Source: Roseibacillus sp. (GTDB taxonomy: Bacteria; Verrucomicrobiota; Verrucomicrobiia; Verrucomicrobiales; Akkermansiaceae). From it: a stretch of DNA of 64,000 bases. Position 1 is the first letter of the stretch. The number at the start of each line of letters is the position of its first letter. A program made the position numbers and the translations under genes. The notes under the pieces are model-generated. The model did no database searches, was not told the origin of the DNA, and saw only the letters and a program-made list of their open reading frames with translations. This document shows, one piece after another, positions 30,395-40,583 of this stretch. The stretch lies in contig CBDEUM010000037.1 of assembly GCA_965242925.1 (NCBI GenBank), forward strand, positions 32,001 to 96,000, given 5' to 3'.

Positions 30395-31471
30395 ATGGCA
30401 ACCAAGGTAGGGGTTATCGGTGCCGGCGGGATGCTGCAGTATCACGCACCCGGCTTCCGGCAGGGTGGTGGTGAACTGGTCGCCATCGCGGACGTGAACC
30501 GGGACGCTGCGCAGGCTTCGGCGGACAGCTGGGAGATTCCCCATGTCTTCGGGGATACCGCCGAGTTTCTCCGGTCTGATATCGATGCGGTGAGCATCAT
30601 CGTCCCCAACAAGTTTCATGCTCCCCTTGCCATCCAGGCACTGGAAGCCGGGAAGCATGTCTTCTGCGAGAAGCCGCCTGCGTTGAATGCGGGCGAGGTG
30701 GAGCAGATGATTGCCGCCGCCGAACAGGCGGGGAAGGTGCTCATGTTCAATTTCAACAATCGGGCCCGGCCCGAGGCGCAGGCCATGATGAAACACATCG
30801 CGGATGGCACGGTGGGCACGATCAACTCCGCGCAGTCGCAATGGATTCGCCGCACCGGTATTCCCGGGTTTGGCGGCTGGTTCACGACCAAGGAGCTGTC
30901 GGGTGGCGGACCGGTCATCGATTTGCTGCACATGATCGATCTGGCCCTCTACTTCATGGGGTATCCCGATCCGGACCATGTGCTGGGGCAGACCTTCGAC
31001 GACTTTATCACTGACAAGTCCTTCAAGGGTCCCTGGGGAATTCCTGACAATGCCGATGGCAAGACCGATGTGGAGGCAGCGGCTCATGGGCTGGTGACCT
31101 TCAAGAGCGGGCAGGTTCTCAGCCTGCGGAATTCCTGGGCGGAGATGAACGAGCGGGAAGTGGTCTCGGTTGTCTTCCAGGGAAGCAGGGCCGGAGGGAA
31201 GGTTGAACGCCTCTTTGGAACCGATGGGCTCGACGAAACTGCCATCGACTCCTGCGAGCTCTACGTGCAGGAAGATGGAGAATCAGTGAACCGGAGCATT
31301 GAGACTGAACCCTGTGAAGACATGGGCCGGATTGGCTCCGCGGCGAATTTCGTGGAGACCATCGAGGGCACGGCTGAACCTCTCAACACGCCTGACGAGG
31401 CTCTCAAGCTCATGAAGATTATTGATGCGCTCTACGAGTCGGCTGACTCGGGGGTGCCGGTTTCACTCTAA
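30395..31471 (+). CDS. Gfo/Idh/MocA-family oxidoreductase
   Basis: VGVIGAGG, HVFCEKP, GGGPVIDLLHMID. Confidence 0.92.
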   Translation: MATKVGVIGAGGMLQYHAPGFRQGGGELVAIADVNRDAAQASADSWEIPHVFGDTAEFLRSDIDAVSIIVPNKFHAPLAIQALEAGKHVFCEKPPALNAGEVEQMIAAAEQAGKVLMFNFNNRARPEAQAMMKHIADGTVGTINSAQSQWIRRTGIPGFGGWFTTKELSGGGPVIDLLHMIDLALYFMGYPDPDHVLGQTFDDFITDKSFKGPWGIPDNADGKTDVEAAAHGLVTFKSGQVLSLRNSWAEMNEREVVSVVFQGSRAGGKVERLFGTDGLDETAIDSCELYVQEDGESVNRSIETEPCEDMGRIGSAANFVETIEGTAEPLNTPDEALKLMKIIDALYESADSGVPVSL

Positions 31472-31508
31472 GTTAAATTCCGGGAAGCGGGGCGCTTGCC
31501 CGGCATAT

Positions 31509-31581
31509 CTCACAACTCACGACTCACGACTCACGACTCACGACTCACGACTCACGACTCACGACTCACGACTCACGACTC
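31509..31581 (+). repeat. Heptamer tandem repeat (CTCACGA)n
   Basis: One CTCACAA, nine perfect CTCACGA units (31516-31578), then a partial unit running into ATG 31582. Confidence 0.97.
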
Positions 31582-32742
31582 ATGGCACTCAACAGAAAAC
31601 TCCGCATGGGAATGGTTGGTGGTGGACGCGGTGCGTTCATTGGCGCGGTACACCGCATGGCAGCCAACCTGGATGGCAAGATCGAACTGGTGGCAGGGGC
31701 CTTCTCGTCCGATCCCGAGAAATCAAAGCTCAGCGGCGAGGATTTCTTCCTGGATCCTGATCGTGTCTACGGTTCCTACCAGGAGATGGCCGAGAAGGAG
31801 GCCGCGCGGGAGGACCGGATCGATTTTGTAACGATCGTGGTGCAGAACCACCTGCACGTCCCGGTAGCCCGGACCTTCCTGGAAGCGGGTTTCAACGTGA
31901 TCTGCGACAAGCCACTTTCCAGCAACCTCGATGATGCCAAGGAACTGCAGCAGTTGGTGCACTCCAGTGGCAAGGTCTTTTGCCTCACCCACAACTACAC
32001 CGGCTACCCGATGGTGAAGGAGGCTCGTCGGATGGTGCAGGACGGTGAACTGGGGCGACTTCTCAAGGTGGTGGCGGAATACCCGCAGGGCTATGCGGTG
32101 GGAGATGTGGAGGGCGACGGGCAGGGCCAGATTTCAAACTGGCGGGCGGATCCGGCCATTGCCGGGGCCTCCAACTGCATGGGGGATATCGGTACTCACG
32201 CCCATAATCTCGTGCGCTATATCTGCGGGGTGGAAGTGGATGAGCTGGCCGCTGAACTGTCAGCTTTCATTCCGGGACGCGAACTCGATGATGACGGCAA
32301 CTGCCTGGTTCGTTTCACCGATGGGGTCAAGGGGATCATCTACGCCTCCCAGATATCGAATGGAGATGAGAACAACCTCAACATTCGCGCCTATGGGACG
32401 AAGGCCTCCATCGAGTGGCACCAGGAGGATCCCAATGAGCTGGTCGTGAAATACGCCAATGCTCCCCGGAAAACCTACCGTCGTGGTAACGACTACGTCG
32501 GAGAAGCGGCATCCTCCAACTCACGGACGCCCTTCGCGCACCCGGAAGGCTTTATTGAGGCCTTTGCCAATGTTTACCTTGCGGCCGCAGGCGCGATCGC
32601 AGATCAGATCGAGGGCAATGATCCGCCCGCGGGAGGCTACGATTTCCCGACCGTTGATGACGGAGTGGCGGGCAATGCCTTCATCAAGGCCTGTGTGGAG
32701 TCCTCAGGGAACAATGCAGCCTGGACCAGGCTGGACCTGTAG
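31582..32742 (+). CDS. Gfo/Idh/MocA-family oxidoreductase
   Basis: MVGGGRGAFIGAVHR, VICDKP, HNYTGYPMV, GDIGTHA, HPEGFIEAFAN. Confidence 0.92.
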   Translation: MALNRKLRMGMVGGGRGAFIGAVHRMAANLDGKIELVAGAFSSDPEKSKLSGEDFFLDPDRVYGSYQEMAEKEAAREDRIDFVTIVVQNHLHVPVARTFLEAGFNVICDKPLSSNLDDAKELQQLVHSSGKVFCLTHNYTGYPMVKEARRMVQDGELGRLLKVVAEYPQGYAVGDVEGDGQGQISNWRADPAIAGASNCMGDIGTHAHNLVRYICGVEVDELAAELSAFIPGRELDDDGNCLVRFTDGVKGIIYASQISNGDENNLNIRAYGTKASIEWHQEDPNELVVKYANAPRKTYRRGNDYVGEAASSNSRTPFAHPEGFIEAFANVYLAAAGAIADQIEGNDPPAGGYDFPTVDDGVAGNAFIKACVESSGNNAAWTRLDL

Positions 32743-32849
32743 GGCAGAGAGCGTGAATTTTTCCGGAAATTACGCCGGGATCCTCCTGTGATTGAAGGGT
32801 TGCCGTTGCTTCCCGCATCCTCTAGCGTGCAACTAATTCGAAGATCATC

Positions 32850-33749
32850 ATGAAACAGCGACTGTCCCTCATCCTCCCCGTCGCCCTTGTGGCGGCCATG
32901 ATCCCGCTGGCGATTGGCCAGAAAGACGGCAAGCCCCAGGGCAAGAATGCCGACAAGATTGCGCCCAGCCTGCCTGAGAAGGCTTTCGCTGAGTCCAAGA
33001 AGAAGCGCAAGCTCCTCGTCTTCTCGCGCACCAATGGATTCCGCCACGGATCGATTCCCACCGGTTTGACTGCGGTCAGGATGATGGGGGAGAAGACAGG
33101 TGCGTTCGAGGCCATCCTCAGTGACGACCTGGGTAACTTTGAGAGCGACAGGATCAACGAGTTCGATGCCATTCTCTTCCTCAATACCACCGGGGATCCC
33201 TTCTTCGAGAAGGGCAAGCCCGATGCCCAGGCGCGCTCGGAGCGCCTGCAGAAGAACCTGCAGGATTTTGTGAAGAGCGGGAAAGGCTTCGCGGGCTTCC
33301 ACTCCGCCACCGACACCCTCAAGCCCAGGGGAGACAGCATTCCGGAATACTCCAAGATGATCAACGGTGCTTTCGACGGCCACCCGTGGGGCGGCGGCAG
33401 TAATGTGACCATTGCGGTGGAGAAGGGTCAGGAAAAGCACCCGATCGTGGCCCACCTGAAGGGCGGGAGCATGAGCTTCAAGGAGGAAATCTACCAGCTG
33501 CGTGATCCCTACGATTCCAGCAAGGTGCAGATGCTCCTGCGCCTCGATCTGGAGAAGAGCGATAAGAAGGGCCTCAAGCGTACGGACCGTGATTACGGGG
33601 TGGGCTGGGTGCGCAAGTGGGGTGAGGGCCGCGTCTTTTACTGCTCACTCGGTCACAACGATGCCATGTACTGGCACCCGGATGTGCTCAAGATCTACCT
33701 GGGCGGCCTGCAGTATGCCCTGGGGGACTTTGATGTGCCGTCGAAATAG
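32850..33749 (+). CDS. Exported ThuA-like domain protein
   Basis: Signal peptide, FSRTNGFRHGSI, FLNTTG, GFHSATDT, GRVFYCSLGH. Confidence 0.88.
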   Translation: MKQRLSLILPVALVAAMIPLAIGQKDGKPQGKNADKIAPSLPEKAFAESKKKRKLLVFSRTNGFRHGSIPTGLTAVRMMGEKTGAFEAILSDDLGNFESDRINEFDAILFLNTTGDPFFEKGKPDAQARSERLQKNLQDFVKSGKGFAGFHSATDTLKPRGDSIPEYSKMINGAFDGHPWGGGSNVTIAVEKGQEKHPIVAHLKGGSMSFKEEIYQLRDPYDSSKVQMLLRLDLEKSDKKGLKRTDRDYGVGWVRKWGEGRVFYCSLGHNDAMYWHPDVLKIYLGGLQYALGDFDVPSK

Positions 33750-33794
33750 GTGTCGAGTGGAGTTCCAATACATCTGGATTTCATACCTCAAGTC

Positions 33795-33825
33795 GCCCGT
33801 GGCTCCGGTCACGGGCTCTTTTTTT
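33795..33825 (+). terminator. Intrinsic terminator after the ThuA gene
   Basis: GCCCGTGGC-TCCG-GTCACGGGC stem (one G-U pair) followed by TCTTTTTTT. Confidence 0.8.
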
Positions 33826-34139
33826 GGCGAGAGGAGCCAGTTCTGATCGTCATGAGGGACGGCACGGGTTGCATCGGGTCGGTCCCCGATTTGCTGGCAG
33901 CTTGAGACGCGATCCGGGAGGAGAGAGGTGAAGGTTGGCTTGAGTAGATCCTGTTTCCGGTGAACGAACGAACTCATGTGCCCAGTCCCCCTCCTTCCCG
34001 TAGAGGCCTGGGTCCATGCCCGGGGGGCTTCCCAGGGCCTGAGACTTCTTGGGGGCGTGAGAAGCCAATTGGGTTACCTGCAATCAGGGCGGCGGCAACA
34101 CACCATTTCGTTCTGCCTGAACCAATTGAATTCGGACGC

Positions 34140-34180
34140 TTGTGAAAAATTTCACAAAGCCCTTGTGAAAAATTTCACAA
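34140..34180. promoter_or_regulatory. Two tandem palindromic operators matching the Rex box (also fit the CRP-type core)
   Basis: TTGTGAA-AAAT-TTCACAA at 34140-34157 and 34163-34180, upstream of actA. Confidence 0.8.
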
Positions 34181-34191
34181 ATTGTTACGGT

Positions 34192-34222
34192 TCCCCAAGG
34201 AAAGCCCTCCCCAAGGAAAGCC
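34192..34222 (+). repeat. 15-bp direct repeat just before the actA start
   Basis: TCCCCAAGGAAAGCC at 34192-34206 and 34208-34222. Confidence 0.9.
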
Positions 34223-34223
34223 A

Positions 34224-34940
34224 ATGGCCAATTTCTTCCCGCGTTGGACGAACATTTTGCCGCTTAAGATAGCGGTTTGCCTTGGAGTTGCCGGGGCCGG
34301 AGTGGTGGTGGGATTTACCTACTACGCCACCCCGAAGGCACAGCGGGTTGGTTACATGCCGGCCCAACCCATTCCCTACGATCACTCATTGCACGTGAAT
34401 CAGTTGGGGATGGACTGCCGCTACTGCCACAGCTTCGTGGAGCATTCGAGCCATGCCAACGTTCCATCCGCCAATACCTGCTGGAATTGCCACCAGCATA
34501 TTCGCAAGGACAGCGAGAAGCTCAGGCCTCTGCGCCGGGCCTTCGACAAGGACTACGCGGAGTACGATGGTGAGCCCATCAAGTGGGTAAGGGTGCACAA
34601 GAATCCTGACTACGTCTTCTTTAACCACTCGGCTCACGTGAACCGTGGGGTGTCCTGCAAGTCCTGTCACGGGAAGGTGAACGAGATGGAGGTTGTCTAC
34701 CAGGCCGAGCCGCACTCGATGGGATGGTGTCTCGACTGCCACCGCAACCCGGAGAACCACCTTCGTCCGCTGGAAGAGGTCTTCAACCTCGACTACGACG
34801 CGGAGGAATGGCTGGCCGAAAACAAACTTCTGCATCCCGAGTCCGGCAAGGAGCTCAAGACTCAGAAGGACCTCGGCCTCTACCTCAAGGAGCACTGGAA
34901 CATCAAGGCCAAGGAGAGCTGTTCGACTTGTCATCGTTAG
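34224..34940 (+). CDS. actA: Alternative complex III pentaheme cytochrome c
   Basis: N-terminal TM helix; CRYCH, CWNCH, CKSCH, CLDCH, CSTCH. Confidence 0.92.
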   Translation: MANFFPRWTNILPLKIAVCLGVAGAGVVVGFTYYATPKAQRVGYMPAQPIPYDHSLHVNQLGMDCRYCHSFVEHSSHANVPSANTCWNCHQHIRKDSEKLRPLRRAFDKDYAEYDGEPIKWVRVHKNPDYVFFNHSAHVNRGVSCKSCHGKVNEMEVVYQAEPHSMGWCLDCHRNPENHLRPLEEVFNLDYDAEEWLAENKLLHPESGKELKTQKDLGLYLKEHWNIKAKESCSTCHR

Positions 34941-34943
34941 ACC

Positions 34944-37900
34944 ATGAGTAAACGGACCTGGCATCATCCGGAGATTCCCGCAGACGACGCGGGCATCGTG
35001 TCGTGGCGCAGTGTGGGTGAACTCGAGCGCAGTTCGGCCTTCCAAGCGCACCTGGAGCGTGAATTCCCGGAGGGCTCCGGCTACCTGAGCGAGGAAGACC
35101 GGCAGGCCACGCGGCGCAGCTTCCTCAAGCTCATGGGTGCGTCCTCGGCCCTGGGTGGGTTGACGCTGGTGTCGTGTCGACGGCCGGAATCCTATATCGT
35201 GCCCTACAAGAAGGCGCCGGAGTGGGTCATACCCGGAAAGCCACTCTACTATGCTTCCAGCCGTCCCCGGGCGGAGGGTTCCGTGCCCCTGGTAGTGACC
35301 ACCTTTGAGGGTCGACCCACCAAGCTGGCGCCCAATGGCGACCACAACGATGGGTGCGGCGCTGACGCCCTGACCCAGGCATCCGTTCTCAACCTTTACG
35401 ATCCCAAGCGCTCCCGTGACTTTCTGAAGGGTGGGAAGAAGGCTTCGCAGAAGGAATTTGAGGGCGTGTTTGCCTCCGTCGCGAGGGAGGGAGGCAAGCT
35501 TGCCGTCCTGGTGGGTGAAGACGACTGTCCGACCCGCAATCGCCTGAAGGGTGAGGTTGAGGCAGCATTTCCGGGTTCAAAGTTCTACAGCTACGAGGCC
35601 CTGCGGGGCGAGGCGCGCCGCAGGGTGCACGCCGAGGTGTTCGGAGACGGAACGGAGACCGTGGTCGACTTCTCGAAGGCGGATCGCATCCTTTCGCTGG
35701 ACTGCGACTTCCTCGGGATCGATCCGATGGGGAAGGCATCGGAGTTTTCCAGGAAACGGCAGGGAGGGGGAGAAGATTACCGGCAGGGTATCGATGCGGA
35801 GGCCATGAACCGGCTCTACGCGGTGGAGACGGCCTACAGCCTGACCGGCGGGATGGCCGATCATCGCCTGCGGGCCAGGCCGAGTCAGGTTGCGAGGATT
35901 GCGGCACAGCTTGCAGCGGAGCTTGGGGTAGCGGTGGATGGTTACGAGGCGGGCAGGATGTCTGCCGAAGAGAAGGCAGGCCTGTTAGGAGACGCGAAGA
36001 CCTTTGACGAGTGGATCAGGGGTTGCGTGGATGATCTCAGGGCGAGTGAGGGCAAGGCCGTGGTTCTGGCCGGAAGTCGTCACGGCGAGGAACTGCAGCG
36101 CATTGTCATCGCCATCAACAAAAAGATCGGGGCCTATGGGGGTCCGCTGGTGGTTTACCAAACGGGACGGGAGGGCTACGGCACGATTGAGGAGTTTGAA
36201 AAGGACATCGATTCCGACACCACCATCCTTCTCCTGGGATCAGCCAACCCGGTCTATGATCGTCCGGGTGGAAGATTCGCCGATCTGCTTAATCGGGCCA
36301 AACTGAGCATCCATCTGGGCTTGCGCACGGATGCCACCGCATTGGCCAGCGACTGGCATATTCCGGCCGCGCACTATCTTGAGACTTGGGGGGACACCCG
36401 CACCGCGAGCGGAATCTACTCGCTGGTGCAACCGATGATCCTGCCGCTCTACGGAGGACACTCGGAGCTCGAGATTCTCTCGCAGCTCCTTTCCTGGAAG
36501 GCGTTTGACTGGGCCAAGGTCGAGAGTGAGGACCCGGAGAAAAGGATCGCAGCTCCTGCGCTTATCGCGGGGGAGGGGTCGGGAGGGGAGCCCTCGCCGG
36601 CCCTGGCCGAAGTGCGCAGGACCTTCGCCCTGCCCGGGAATGCCAATGACGAGGGAGAGGTCGAATGGAAGGAGGCGCTCAGGGACGGCTACCTTCGCAG
36701 TAGTTCCTACCAGAGCATCGATGCCGAGAAGGCAGAGGACGCCGCGCCTGTGCTCAGTGCAGTCAAGTCGGACGGGATCGAGATCAATTTCCTCGCCGAT
36801 GCTTCAGTGTGGGACGGTCGCTATATCGACAACGGCTGGCTACAGGAGGCCCCGGATCCCATTTCAAAACTTTCCTGGGATAACGCGGCGCTCGTTTCGC
36901 CCAAGACAGCCAAGGCTCTCGGGGTTTACGATGCGGTCCAGGAACTGGAGCCTGAAAGCGAAATCCCGCTCCTGGGCAAGGTCAAGAATGCACCCAAACC
37001 GCTCATTGATGAGGGAAAGAATGCGCGGGCGCCCATGGCGCTTATCAAGACCGTGGCGGGACGGATGGAAATTCCGGTCCTGGTGGCTTTCGGTCATGCT
37101 GACGACTGCATCTCGATTGCGCTTGGCTATGGACAGGGAGCTTCCGATAAGCGTGACGGGGTGGACGTGGCCAGCGAGGATGATCCATACGCCCCCGTTG
37201 GGCTCGTGGGGATTAACACCGGGTTCAATGCCAACCAGTTGCGCGGGAATGCTTCTTTCAGTGCGGTGGCCATGGAGGTCACGAAGGTGAAGGAACGGTA
37301 TCACGTCGCCCTGGTGCAGGAGCATAACGCCATGAATGGCCGGGCATTGGCCCGCGAGGTTTCCACGAAGGATGTCGCACATCACGGACACAAGCTCTCC
37401 TTTGAAAAGCAGGTTTCCAAGGTGCGTGTGCAGGGGCCCGTTGATTCACACGCTCCCGAAAATATTTCACTCTATAAACGTCGTGGATCGACGACCTGGG
37501 AGAGTGACAGTGACAAGCAGGAGGATCTCATCAGTGACAAGATCCACCAGTGGGGCATGTCGATCGACCTCAACACGTGTATCGGGTGCAACGCGTGTCT
37601 GATCGCCTGTCAGGCGGAGAACAACATTCCGATCGTGGGCAAGGAACAGGTTGCGATGGGGCGCGAGATGCACTGGATCCGCATGGACCGCTACTTTGCA
37701 GCTCCCATGGCTGAAACGGACGAAAAGACCCACAAGAAAGTGTCCACCCCCGAATGGATACAGGAAAACCCTGAGATGATTCCCCAGCCGGTTGCCTGCA
37801 TGCAGTGCGAAAACGCGCCCTGCGAGACCGTCTGCCCCGTCAATGCCACCGTGCACACCGAGGAAGGCCTCAATGCAATGGCCTACAACCGTTGTATCGG

Positions 37901-38504
37901 CACCCGCTATTGCGCCAACAACTGCCCCTACAAGGCGCGGCGCTTTAACTATTTCGACTATAATAAACGCAACCCACTCATCGACCACAACCTCTACAAG
38001 GGGCCCTTCGGCGAGACGCAGGTGGGCAAGGCTCCTCATCTCCAGCGGAATCCCAACGTCTCGGTCCGTATGCGCGGGGTGATGGAAAAGTGCACCTACT
38101 GCGTGCAGCGCTTGGAAAGTGCCAAGATCAAGCAGAAGCAGATCGGGCGTCACAAGACGCTGCGGGCGGGAACCGAGTCCACCGCGGTATCGATCAGTGC
38201 GGAGGACCTGCGGATCAAGGCGGACTCAGTCAAGGTGGCGTGCCAGGAGGCGTGCGAAGCCAACGCCATCAGCTTCGGCAACCTCCTCGACAAGGAGGAC
38301 GCGCAAGTCTGGCGTTCCAAGTACAAGGGAGAGAAAAAGAACAAGGACGGGATAATTGAAGTCATCCACAACCCGCGCAACTACGATGTCCTGCAGTATA
38401 TCGGGACTGCTCCGCGCACCAGCTATCTCGCCCGCGTGAAGAACCCCAACCCGGCCATGCCCGATGCCGCCTACCGCGGCCTGGCCACGATCCACACTGC
38501 CTGA
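34944..38504 (+). CDS. actB: Alternative complex III subunit B (molybdopterin-oxidoreductase-like fold plus Fe-S domain)
   Basis: TRRSFLKLMG Tat motif, EGRPTK, CIGCNACLIAC, CMQCENAPCETVCP, CIGTRYCANNCP, EKCTYC. Confidence 0.93.
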   Translation: MSKRTWHHPEIPADDAGIVSWRSVGELERSSAFQAHLEREFPEGSGYLSEEDRQATRRSFLKLMGASSALGGLTLVSCRRPESYIVPYKKAPEWVIPGKPLYYASSRPRAEGSVPLVVTTFEGRPTKLAPNGDHNDGCGADALTQASVLNLYDPKRSRDFLKGGKKASQKEFEGVFASVAREGGKLAVLVGEDDCPTRNRLKGEVEAAFPGSKFYSYEALRGEARRRVHAEVFGDGTETVVDFSKADRILSLDCDFLGIDPMGKASEFSRKRQGGGEDYRQGIDAEAMNRLYAVETAYSLTGGMADHRLRARPSQVARIAAQLAAELGVAVDGYEAGRMSAEEKAGLLGDAKTFDEWIRGCVDDLRASEGKAVVLAGSRHGEELQRIVIAINKKIGAYGGPLVVYQTGREGYGTIEEFEKDIDSDTTILLLGSANPVYDRPGGRFADLLNRAKLSIHLGLRTDATALASDWHIPAAHYLETWGDTRTASGIYSLVQPMILPLYGGHSELEILSQLLSWKAFDWAKVESEDPEKRIAAPALIAGEGSGGEPSPALAEVRRTFALPGNANDEGEVEWKEALRDGYLRSSSYQSIDAEKAEDAAPVLSAVKSDGIEINFLADASVWDGRYIDNGWLQEAPDPISKLSWDNAALVSPKTAKALGVYDAVQELEPESEIPLLGKVKNAPKPLIDEGKNARAPMALIKTVAGRMEIPVLVAFGHADDCISIALGYGQGASDKRDGVDVASEDDPYAPVGLVGINTGFNANQLRGNASFSAVAMEVTKVKERYHVALVQEHNAMNGRALAREVSTKDVAHHGHKLSFEKQVSKVRVQGPVDSHAPENISLYKRRGSTTWESDSDKQEDLISDKIHQWGMSIDLNTCIGCNACLIACQAENNIPIVGKEQVAMGREMHWIRMDRYFAAPMAETDEKTHKKVSTPEWIQENPEMIPQPVACMQCENAPCETVCPVNATVHTEEGLNAMAYNRCIGTRYCANNCPYKARRFNYFDYNKRNPLIDHNLYKGPFGETQVGKAPHLQRNPNVSVRMRGVMEKCTYCVQRLESAKIKQKQIGRHKTLRAGTESTAVSISAEDLRIKADSVKVACQEACEANAISFGNLLDKEDAQVWRSKYKGEKKNKDGIIEVIHNPRNYDVLQYIGTAPRTSYLARVKNPNPAMPDAAYRGLATIHTA

Positions 38505-38523
38505 ACGAGGGCTCTGAAAACTC

Positions 38524-40017
38524 ATGGCAGACACCGCTACCAAGACTACGGGTGAGGCGCCCGCGCCCCGGGAGGTAAAACTTCCGGTGCTGGAGCGTGA
38601 GAAGCTCGTTCTCAACAAGCGCTCCTACCATTGGATCACGGAACGTGTGTGCGGTGTGGTCGAGAACAAGCAGCCCATGGTCTGGTGGGCACTCTTTATT
38701 CCCACCATCCTCATGGCCATCATCGGGGTGGGTGGCGGCCTGATCTACCTGGTCACCACCGGGGTGGGGGTGTGGGGTAACACCAACCGGGTGATGTGGG
38801 GCTGGCCCATCGTGAACTTCGTGTTCTGGATTGGAATCGGCCATGCCGGAACACTCATTTCCGCCATTCTCTTCCTCACCCGGCAGAACTGGCGGACGTC
38901 CATCAACCGCGCGGCGGAAGCGATGACGATCTTTGCCGTGATTTGTGCCGGTATTTTTCCGGCCTTCCACGTGGGAAGGGTCTGGATGGCCTGGTACCTC
39001 GCGCCCATTCCCAACGCCAACGCGGTGTGGCAGAATTTCAAGTCCCCACTCCTCTGGGATGTTTTCGCGGTCTCAACCTACTTCTCAATTTCGCTGGTGT
39101 TCTGGTTCCTCGGGATGGTGCCCGACCTGGCCACCATCCGGGACCGCTGTAAGCGGGGAGTGAAGAAGGCGCTCTACGGCATCTTCTCGCTGGGCTGGCG
39201 GGGCAGCAATCGCCACTGGAGCCACTATGAGATGGCCTACCTCATCCTGGCGGCTCTTTCTACCCCTCTCGTGCTTTCCGTGCACTCGGTGGTGAGTTTC
39301 GACTTTGCCACTTCGATAGTTCCCGGCTGGCATACCACTATCTTCCCGCCCTATTTCGTGGCGGGTGCCATTTTCGGCGGCTTCGCCATGGTGCTGACCA
39401 TCATGATCCCGGCCCGGTTTTTCTATGGCTTGGATGACATGATCACCATGAAGCACATCGACAACATGGCCAAGATCATCCTGCTGACGGGAACAATCGT
39501 TGGCTATGCCTACCTGATGGAGCTTTTCGTAGCCTTCTACTCGGGTGCCAAGTATGAGATGGCCGCTTTCACCTACCGCATTACCGGACCCTACTGGTGG
39601 GCTTACGTGGCCATGATGAGTTGCAACGTGCTATCTCCCCAACTCTTCTGGTTCAAGCGGTGTCGCGAAAACCTCTGGGTCGTGATGGGCGTCTGCATGG
39701 CAGTCAATGCCGGGATGTGGTTCGAGCGCTTTGTCATCATCGTCACGACTCTGGCCCGCGACTTCATGCCCGCCAACTGGAAGTACTACAATCCGAGCTG
39801 GGTGGACATTGGTCTCTTTCTTGGCACAATTGGGCTGTTCACGTCGCTCTTCCTGCTCTTCCTGCGCTTCCTGCCGTGTATCAATATCGCGGAGGTCAAG
39901 TGGGCCAAGCAAGAGAGTGACGTTCACTTTGACGACAAGAAGGCGCACCCGGATGAGGGCACGGTGGTGGAGGCCTCTTACCAACACGAACTTGATAACG
40001 GAACTGCCGAAGTCTGA
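38524..40017 (+). CDS. actC: Alternative complex III NrfD-like quinol-oxidising subunit
   Basis: [55 protein letters not shown]. Confidence 0.95.
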   Translation: MADTATKTTGEAPAPREVKLPVLEREKLVLNKRSYHWITERVCGVVENKQPMVWWALFIPTILMAIIGVGGGLIYLVTTGVGVWGNTNRVMWGWPIVNFVFWIGIGHAGTLISAILFLTRQNWRTSINRAAEAMTIFAVICAGIFPAFHVGRVWMAWYLAPIPNANAVWQNFKSPLLWDVFAVSTYFSISLVFWFLGMVPDLATIRDRCKRGVKKALYGIFSLGWRGSNRHWSHYEMAYLILAALSTPLVLSVHSVVSFDFATSIVPGWHTTIFPPYFVAGAIFGGFAMVLTIMIPARFFYGLDDMITMKHIDNMAKIILLTGTIVGYAYLMELFVAFYSGAKYEMAAFTYRITGPYWWAYVAMMSCNVLSPQLFWFKRCRENLWVVMGVCMAVNAGMWFERFVIIVTTLARDFMPANWKYYNPSWVDIGLFLGTIGLFTSLFLLFLRFLPCINIAEVKWAKQESDVHFDDKKAHPDEGTVVEASYQHELDNGTAEV

Positions 40018-40574
40018 TGAGTACCTCCGTCAAACGTGTCTATTGCTACCTGGCCGAGTTTGAAAGCGCTTCCGCGCTCTACAAGGCTGCCCAGAAGGTG
40101 CGTGATGCCGGCTTCAGCAAGTGGGACTGTTACACTCCCTACCCGATGCACGGGCTCGATGCTGCCATGGGTCTGAAGCGTTCCATCCTGCCCTACTTTG
40201 TATTCTTCGGGGGGGTGATCGGCCTTCTCACCGCCTTCCTGCTGGCCTACGTCACGCAGGTGGGAATCTATCCCACGGTAGTGCAGGGTAAACCGGCCAA
40301 CATCTTCACTGTGCCCGCTTTCTTCCCCATCATGTTTGAGCTCACCGTGCTTTTTTCCGGATTTACGGCGCTCTTTGCCTGTCTGGGTCTCTGCCAATTG
40401 CCGCGCTGGAATCACCCGCTCTTTGCGAGTCGGCAGGCGCACCGGATAACTGATGACGGGTTCTTCATCGCTATCGAGGCTCGGGATCCCAAGTTTTCGA
40501 AGGAGGGAACGAAGGGGTTCCTTGGTGGGATCGGGGGCGACAACATCGAACTGGTCGAAGAGGATGGAAAGTAA
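40017..40574 (+). CDS. actD: Alternative complex III subunit D (DUF3341)
   Basis: YTPYPMHGLD, two TM helices, PIMFELTVLF. Confidence 0.92.
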   Translation: MSTSVKRVYCYLAEFESASALYKAAQKVRDAGFSKWDCYTPYPMHGLDAAMGLKRSILPYFVFFGGVIGLLTAFLLAYVTQVGIYPTVVQGKPANIFTVPAFFPIMFELTVLFSGFTALFACLGLCQLPRWNHPLFASRQAHRITDDGFFIAIEARDPKFSKEGTKGFLGGIGGDNIELVEEDGK

Positions 40575-40583
40575 GGTGATATC

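Noticed and set aside
31496..31831. ORFs with SRLTTHD repeats, or a CRISPR array
   Set aside because: They are translations of the 7-bp tandem repeat; there are no spacers and no cas genes
32755..32773. Palindrome TTTCCGGAAA upstream of the ThuA gene
   Set aside because: Too short to distinguish from chance and not clearly repeated at other promoters
34139..34222. Mini-CRISPR interpretation of the direct repeats
   Set aside because: Only two copies of each repeat with 1-3 bp between them; an operator explains the first pair better
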